Shown in pieces: positions 52,934-58,450 of a DNA stretch of 58,450 bases. The notes under the pieces were generated by a model. It was not told the DNA's origin and made no database searches. It saw only the letters and a list, made by a program, of their open reading frames with translations. This stretch comes from Deltaproteobacteria bacterium (lineage in GTDB: Bacteria > Desulfobacterota > BSN033 > UBA1163): NCBI GenBank assembly GCA_016874935.1, contig VGSS01000002.1, positions 1-58,450 on the forward strand, read 5' to 3'. A program made the translations under genes and the position numbers. How positions within the stretch are numbered: position 1 is the first letter of the stretch; each line of letters starts with the position of its first letter.

Positions 52934-54532
52934 TCAATCCTTCGTTTGTTTTTGAAGAACATCTTCTTTTCTCCCTTGACTCAACACTTTTCCTTTTTGG
53001 AGCCGCATTACATAGGTGATGCAATCTGGAACCTCTTCTTTATGATTTGTAACGTAAAGCAGGTGCGTTCTTGTTTGACCGATCCGTTCCAGGATTTCCA
53101 GGATCCTTTTGCGGTTTGGGATGTCTAATCCATGGCAAGGTTCGTCCACAATCAGGAGGACCGGTGATTTCACCATGGCCCGAGCGAGGAGGATCATCCG
53201 TTTTTGTCCATAGGAAAGATGATGAAAGGATTCGCGGGCAATATCTTCGATACCTAGATGCTGAATCCATTGATCGATGATCTTCTTCTGGTCCGGGGTT
53301 GGGTATTGATACAACCCGATGGAATCATAAAATCCCGAGCCGATGACGTCGTATGCACTCATTTTCTTACGATACTGGATCTGCAACTCCGATGAAACCG
53401 CCCCAATCCTTTTCTTGATCTCCCAAAGCGATTCCCCGGTACCCTTTTGCCTTCCAAAAAGGATCACCTGATTGGCATATCCTTGAAGATTTTCGCCTAT
53501 GATCAATCTCAGAATGGTCGATTTTCCAGAGCCGTTGGGCCCCCAAATTGCCCAATTTTCTCCGCGTCTCATAACCCAATTCAATTTATCGAGGACGATA
53601 CGGCCATCATATTGAACCGTTGTTTCCTTCATCTCGATCATTACCTCTGGGACGTCTTGTGGTTTTTCCTTATAAGCAAGAACCGGATGGATTGGCTCGG
53701 GTTTCCCGACCTCATAGGTCACCCGATATCTCCAGTTGACCCTCTCCAGGCTGAGCTGGCATCCATAAAGGTTACTTATATGGTCAGATGTCAAGACCTC
53801 TTCTTTAGGACCCTGCCTAAAAAGTTGACCATCCTTGATAAACAGCACGTGGGTGATATGAGGCAAAATTTCCTCTATGCGATGGACTACGAGAATGACC
53901 CGAACAGAGGCTGTCATCAAGTCATTGATTGATTCTGCCAAAGATTGACGAGAGGTTTCATCCAGACCGTCAAAAGGTTCATCAAGAATCAACAGCTTCG
54001 GAGACTTCAGCAGGGCCCTGGCAATCAGAGCTTTCCTCATCTCTCCCGTAGAAAGGGAAGTGATGGATTGGGATAGAAGTGATTGAATACCTAGAAGGGT
54101 TACGATTGAAGCGCATCTTTCCTCATCAGCTGGTGTCATCTTTCGATTTGCTAAAATCCCAGAGAAGATGACTTCTCTGGTAGTCGTCATTTCATCCATC
54201 TTACCCGCAAATGCCCTATGGTATTCTTGCAACTCCTCCTGTTCCATGAGGGTATGATGCATTTCAAATGAAACATAACCAATGCTATCCCGTTGGGGAT
54301 TTCCCTGTGCTTCTGTCTGGGATTCGGAAGCATTAAATAGAATCCGTCCGCTCTGAAGAGGAACGCCGCCCCAGAGAGAACGGACAAAAGTAGATTTCCC
54401 GGATCCGTTTGGACCCAAGATGGCCCAGTGCTCTTCTGTATGAATCTGCCAAAAGCTGTTTTTGAAATATAACCTGTCTTGAAGGCGAAGGGTTACATTC
54501 TCAGCAGTCAGGAAGGGCTGTTTTCTCAACAT
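52934..54532 (-). CDS. Tandem-domain ABC ATPase without membrane domain, ModF-like
   Basis: It has two Walker A motifs (GPNGSGKST twice), degenerate signatures LSTGEMRK and LSYGQKRM, and two Walker B motifs (LLILDEP, LLIVDEP). Length is 532 aa. Confidence 0.75.
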   Translation of the reverse strand: MLRKQPFLTAENVTLRLQDRLYFKNSFWQIHTEEHWAILGPNGSGKSTFVRSLWGGVPLQSGRILFNASESQTEAQGNPQRDSIGYVSFEMHHTLMEQEELQEYHRAFAGKMDEMTTTREVIFSGILANRKMTPADEERCASIVTLLGIQSLLSQSITSLSTGEMRKALIARALLKSPKLLILDEPFDGLDETSRQSLAESINDLMTASVRVILVVHRIEEILPHITHVLFIKDGQLFRQGPKEEVLTSDHISNLYGCQLSLERVNWRYRVTYEVGKPEPIHPVLAYKEKPQDVPEVMIEMKETTVQYDGRIVLDKLNWVMRRGENWAIWGPNGSGKSTILRLIIGENLQGYANQVILFGRQKGTGESLWEIKKRIGAVSSELQIQYRKKMSAYDVIGSGFYDSIGLYQYPTPDQKKIIDQWIQHLGIEDIARESFHHLSYGQKRMILLARAMVKSPVLLIVDEPCHGLDIPNRKRILEILERIGQTRTHLLYVTNHKEEVPDCITYVMRLQKGKVLSQGRKEDVLQKQTKD

Positions 54533-54592
54533 GAACCAACCAACAATTTTTCACCGAAACGGGATGGGAAAGAGGGAGAATGCTCATCGAGT

Positions 54593-55651
54593 TTATGGTT
54601 CTCGGTTCCAGTTTTCAGGACGGAGCTGTCTTACCATTTCACCAACCCGCCACATTTCCAGATTTGCCATTTCCGCCAATTCGGCATTCAGTTTTTCACG
54701 ATAGTCTGGCTGACTATTTTTTTCCAAGACGATTCTGGCTTCTGAACCATTGGCAACCCGTTCATATAGCTCGGAGAAGACGGGAGCAACCGCATCACGA
54801 AATCTTCCTTTCCAATCCAGAGCGCCCCGCTGGGCCGTTGTGCTGCAGTTGGCATATAGCCAATCCATCCCTTTTTCCGCAGCCAATTTAATCAGGCTCT
54901 GTGTGAACTCCTCCACAGTTTCATTAAAGGCTTCGCTTGGACTATGGCCATGCTTGCGCAGTTCGTTGTATTGCGCTTCCATGATTCCGGCAATGGCTCC
55001 CATCAAAACGCCTCGCTCCCCGGTCAAATCACTATAGACCTCTTTTTCAAAGGTGGTTTCGAAGAGATATCCTGATCCTATGGCAACCCCCAGTGCAAGA
55101 GCCTTCTCTTCCGCTTTTTTTGTATAATCCTGATAGATAGCGTAACTGCTGTTAATCCCGCTTCCTTCGAGGAAGTTTCGCCGGACAGAAAGGCCAGAAC
55201 CTTTTGGAGCCACCAGGATGACATCTATGTTACCTGGGGGGACCACTCCGGTCAGATGCTTATAGGTGATCGAAAAACCATGAGAGAAGAAGAGTGTTTT
55301 TCCCTCCGTCAAATAGGTTTTCAAGGTGGGCCAGAATTCTTTTTGGCCTGCATCCGAAAGGAGATATTCGATCACCGTTCCTTTTGAAGAGGCTTCCTCC
55401 AAGGTAAAGAGAGTGACCCCTGGGACCCAACCATCTTTTAATGCTTTGTCCCAGGAGGGAGTTCTATCTCTTTGTCCAATGATGATCCGGAATCCATTAT
55501 CACGCATATTCAGACTTTGTCCTTGTCCTTGCACCCCATAACCAAGAACCGAAATCGTTTCATGTCTAAGGATTTCCTGCGCTTTTAAAAGAGAGAATTC
55601 CTCTCGGGTGATAACTTTTTCTTTCACTCCACCAAAGTCTATCAAAGCCAT
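54593..55651 (-). CDS. ilvC: Ketol-acid reductoisomerase (class I)
   Basis: Motifs include ISVLGYGVQGQGQSLNMRDNG, SHGF, VAPKGSG and the knotted C-terminal domain. Length is 352 aa. Confidence 0.88.
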   Translation of the reverse strand: MALIDFGGVKEKVITREEFSLLKAQEILRHETISVLGYGVQGQGQSLNMRDNGFRIIIGQRDRTPSWDKALKDGWVPGVTLFTLEEASSKGTVIEYLLSDAGQKEFWPTLKTYLTEGKTLFFSHGFSITYKHLTGVVPPGNIDVILVAPKGSGLSVRRNFLEGSGINSSYAIYQDYTKKAEEKALALGVAIGSGYLFETTFEKEVYSDLTGERGVLMGAIAGIMEAQYNELRKHGHSPSEAFNETVEEFTQSLIKLAAEKGMDWLYANCSTTAQRGALDWKGRFRDAVAPVFSELYERVANGSEARIVLEKNSQPDYREKLNAELAEMANLEMWRVGEMVRQLRPENWNREP

Positions 55652-55820
55652 GTTTGGTCCTCTTTAAATGGGAGAAATTTTTAATATCATCTTCAGACAA
55701 ACCTGCCCACAAAACCCATCACCTATTATTGTTCAGGATTCAGGTTGCAATTTCAAGACAAAAATACTATTAAAATATTGCATAAGTAAAAACCTTACCC
55801 TTTTATAAAAATGTGCCAGA

Positions 55821-55990
55821 ATACCCCCCAGCTCTGCTGGGGGGATGAATGGCCTTCCCTCTCCCCTGGGGGGAGAGGGGTAGGGTGAGGGGGGAATGAT
55901 CTTGCTCATCACCCCCACCTTAATCCTCCCCCATCAAGGGGAGGAAGGTTTTTTGAGGAATTGGATACCCCGCAGCTCTGCTGCGGGGTA
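55821..55990. repeat. Cluster of GC-rich hairpin repeats (family C) in the ilvC-hemL divergent spacer
   Basis: Two related hairpins, ATACCCCCCAGC-TCT-GCTGGGGGGAT (55821..) and ATACCCCGCAGC-TCT-GCTGCGGGGTA (55965..), flank CCCTCTCCCC-TGG-GGGGAGAGGG and CCTCCCC-catcaa-GGGGAGG. Confidence 0.8.
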
Positions 55991-56054
55991 CTTCATTAAA
56001 AATATTTAATTAAAACACCCTTTAAGGATAAAATCAATATGAGGAGGAAGGGCG

Positions 56055-57338
56055 ATGAATCGGAAGAGATCGATTGCGCTTTATCGGAGAGCGCTTGGAC
56101 TGATACCAGGGGGAGTCAATAGCCCGGTGAGGGCTTTTAAAGCCATCGGGATTCCTCCGGTCTTCATCGAGAGAGCCAAAGGGTCAAAGATCTGGGATGT
56201 TGATGGAAATGAATATATTGACTATGTGGGGTCATGGGGGCCGATGATCATGGGACACGCCCATCCGAGAATCGTGTCCGCCCTGAAAAAGACAGCCCCT
56301 AAGGGGACGAGCTTTGGCGCGCCCACTCCTCTGGAAATCGATTTGGCGAATGAGATCAGAAAAGCTTTTCCCTCGATGGAAATGGTGAGAATGGTTAGTT
56401 CCGGAACAGAGGCGGTGATGAGCGCCATTCGGGTGGCAAGGGGATATACCGGAAGAAACAAGATTCTAAAATTCGAAGGATGTTATCATGGCCATGGAGA
56501 CAGCCTGCTCGTGAAGGCGGGATCCGGGGCCATCACCTTCGGCGTTCCCGATAGTCTTGGAGTTCCGGAGGATGTGGCGAAACATACTCTGACCGCTCCG
56601 TATAACGATTTAGATAGAGTTAAGGCTCTGGTCAATCAATATCCGGACCAGATCGCCTGCATTATCGTCGAACCAATTGCCGGCAATATGGGAGCGGTAC
56701 CCCCTGCAAGAGGATTTCTGGAAGGATTGAGACAGATTTGCGACGAAAAAGGAATTCTTCTCCTCTTCGATGAAGTGATTTCAGGATTCCGGGTTGCATT
56801 TGGAGGCGCCCAGGAGCTCTATGGGATCAAGGCGGACATGACCTGCCTCGGAAAGATTATCGGGGGAGGCCTTCCCGTGGGCGCTTATGGTGGAAAAGAA
56901 AAAATTATGGAAGGGGTTGCTCCCCTGGGGGGTATCTATCAGGCTGGAACGCTCTCTGGAAACCCTATGGCCATGACTGCTGGCCTTGCAACTCTGGAGA
57001 TCTTGAAGACGAAAAAAGTTTATAAGGATTTGGAGAAGAAGACGGTCTATCTCGCAGAGAAAATTTCCGAATGCGCTGAAGAAAGGGGAGTTCCCGTCAC
57101 GATCAATCACGCGACTGGATTGTTAACCGTTTTCTTCACCGAAGTTCCCGTCAAAGACTACGCCACAGCGAAGACGAGCAACACGAAACGGTTTGCCCAG
57201 TTCTTTATTGAAATGATGGAGCAAGGGATTTATCTTCCCCCCTCTCAATTTGAAGCGTGGTTTATCTCGCTGGCCCATACACAGAAGGATCTGGATCGAA
57301 CGATCGAATCTTGCGAACAGGCTTTCAAGAAGATTTAA
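56055..57338 (+). CDS. hemL: Glutamate-1-semialdehyde 2,1-aminomutase
   Basis: Motifs include [36 protein letters not shown] and [15 protein letters not shown]. Length is 427 aa. Confidence 0.92.
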   Translation: MNRKRSIALYRRALGLIPGGVNSPVRAFKAIGIPPVFIERAKGSKIWDVDGNEYIDYVGSWGPMIMGHAHPRIVSALKKTAPKGTSFGAPTPLEIDLANEIRKAFPSMEMVRMVSSGTEAVMSAIRVARGYTGRNKILKFEGCYHGHGDSLLVKAGSGAITFGVPDSLGVPEDVAKHTLTAPYNDLDRVKALVNQYPDQIACIIVEPIAGNMGAVPPARGFLEGLRQICDEKGILLLFDEVISGFRVAFGGAQELYGIKADMTCLGKIIGGGLPVGAYGGKEKIMEGVAPLGGIYQAGTLSGNPMAMTAGLATLEILKTKKVYKDLEKKTVYLAEKISECAEERGVPVTINHATGLLTVFFTEVPVKDYATAKTSNTKRFAQFFIEMMEQGIYLPPSQFEAWFISLAHTQKDLDRTIESCEQAFKKI

Positions 57339-57459
57339 GGGAAACAAGCCAGCCTATCGATGTTGGGTATGTGCCAGTCCTATCACCTCTCATCTTTTAG
57401 GTGAATAAAATAGAACCATCCCTTTTTTTCAAATGTCCTTTCATCCATTAAAGGCTTCG

Positions 57460-58450
57460 ATGAATGATGAACGGTTTAACATCCTCAAGGAGAAGTTTCA
57501 TTTCTCTGGTTTTCGAAAGTGGCAGGCGGAGATCATCGATACGCTCCTCAGCCGGCGCGATGCAGTTGTGATCATGCCCACCGGAAGCGGCAAATCGCTC
57601 TGTTATCAGTTGCCGGCGATGCTCCTCGACGGAGTGACCCTGGTGATCTCTCCCCTAATTGCGTTGATGAAAGACCAGGTGGATGGACTGGTCCAGCATC
57701 AAATCCCTGCCACTTTCATCAATAGCGCACTGACGCCTTCTGAACAGTGGCAGAGATTGAGGGAGATTCAACAGGGCAAATATAAACTGGTCTACATTGC
57801 TCCCGAACGGTTCCGAAATCCGGGGTTTATGGAAGGAATCCAAGCCTGCCGGATTTCACTCTTTGCTGTTGATGAGGCCCATTGCGTTTCCGAATGGGGA
57901 CATGATTTCCGTCCGGATTATCTTCGCCTCAAAAGGGTTGCTGAAACATTAGGTCATCCGCCTGTTGCCGCTCTTACAGCGACCGCCACTCCTGATGTCC
58001 GCCGTGATATCATCACCCAGTTGGGTCTCAGGAAACCGGTGACCTTTGTTGCCGGGTTCGACCGCCCCAATCTTCGTTTTCGCGTCAAACAGGTGGAAGG
58101 CGAGGAGGATAAGATTCAAACCATTCTTGCTTTCCTCAAAAGCGTCCCTCCAAGAGGAATTATCTATGGTGCCACCCGAAAGAATGTAGAAGCCGTTACG
58201 AAGACATTACAGCTCAAAGGCTACAAAGCAGGGGGGTATCACGCCGGCATGGAGATGGAGTCCCGCAGGTCTGTGCAGGAGGGTTTCATGGAGGGGACTC
58301 TGCCGATCGTGGTAGCGACCAATGCCTTTGGCATGGGCATTGATAAGGCGGACCTCCGTTTTGTCATTCATCATGACATTCCAGGCTCTATCGAGGCCTA
58401 TTACCAGGAGGTCGGCCGTGGCGGGCGTGACGGAAAGCCTGCGACCTGCC
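57460..58450 (+). CDS. recQ: ATP-dependent DNA helicase RecQ, N-terminal ~330 aa (3' end outside the window)
   Basis: This frame stays open to the window edge, so it has no stop and is absent from the ORF track. Motifs are FRKWQAEII, MPTGSGKSLCYQLPA, SPLIALMKDQVD, DEAHCVSEWGHDFRPDY, ALTATAT and VATNAFGMGIDK. An alternative in-frame ATG lies at 57433. Confidence 0.88.
   Translation, partial: MNDERFNILKEKFHFSGFRKWQAEIIDTLLSRRDAVVIMPTGSGKSLCYQLPAMLLDGVTLVISPLIALMKDQVDGLVQHQIPATFINSALTPSEQWQRLREIQQGKYKLVYIAPERFRNPGFMEGIQACRISLFAVDEAHCVSEWGHDFRPDYLRLKRVAETLGHPPVAALTATATPDVRRDIITQLGLRKPVTFVAGFDRPNLRFRVKQVEGEEDKIQTILAFLKSVPPRGIIYGATRKNVEAVTKTLQLKGYKAGGYHAGMEMESRRSVQEGFMEGTLPIVVATNAFGMGIDKADLRFVIHHDIPGSIEAYYQEVGRGGRDGKPATC

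Noticed and set aside
55733-55918. A 61-aa ORF (MGVMSKIIPPSPYPSPPRGEGRPF...).
   Set aside because: It is a translation of the GC-rich hairpin repeat cluster. The P/G/R-rich 'protein' is typical of spurious calls on such repeats.
15587-55990. The repeated GC-rich hairpins could be CRISPR repeats.
   Set aside because: The copies are single and dispersed, at 15.6, 24.5 and 55.9 kb. There is no regular repeat-spacer periodicity and there are no cas genes.

Overview
This is a 58.45-kb bacterial chromosomal window, roughly 50% GC by eye. Gene content suggests an anaerobe, with two AOR-family pterin oxidoreductases, a corrinoid protein plus methyltransferase pair and an RdhA-like protein, but no taxon can be assigned from sequence alone. 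Housekeeping genes sit at both ends: lysA-dapF-dapB at 1-2.6 kb, and a modF-like ABC ATPase, ilvC, hemL and recQ at 52.9-58.4 kb. Between them lies a ~48-kb accessory region, almost entirely on the minus strand. It is packed with hydrolases (two creatininase-family, two M24 creatinase/prolidase-fold, several amidohydrolases, a NodB-type deacetylase, an MBL-fold protein), oxidoreductases (SDRs, Zn-ADHs, 2-hydroxyacid dehydrogenases, a GlcD/GlcF fusion, Gfo/Idh/MocA, HIBADH), aldolases, a Liv-type ABC importer, an NCS2 permease and a GntR regulator. The region is visibly decaying. It holds an IS1595 remnant with an in-frame TAG, an IS4 remnant, and truncated amidohydrolase, SDR, 2-hydroxyacid dehydrogenase, UPF0261 and nitrilase-superfamily genes. 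The most interesting items follow. (1) A C_GCAxxG_C_C redox-protein gene has a single in-frame TGA exactly at its first invariant Cys, with an fdhF-like GGUC hairpin downstream, making it either a selenocysteine candidate or a pseudogene. (2) A ~153-bp MITE occurs in two copies, each with its own 6-bp target-site duplication, and one copy splits a nitrilase-family gene. (3) UPF0261 (Tm-1-like) genes of unknown function occur as two intact copies plus one remnant, and their usual PF09370 TIM-barrel partner is embedded inside the liv operon. (4) A YdhV-like 690-aa AOR homologue is paired with a Tat-signal ferredoxin. (5) An RdhA-like protein lacks both a Tat signal and a membrane anchor. (6) Three families of structured GC-rich intergenic repeats are present. 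No rRNA, tRNA or CRISPR array was recognised. All homology calls come from motif recognition by eye and need HMM/BLAST confirmation.
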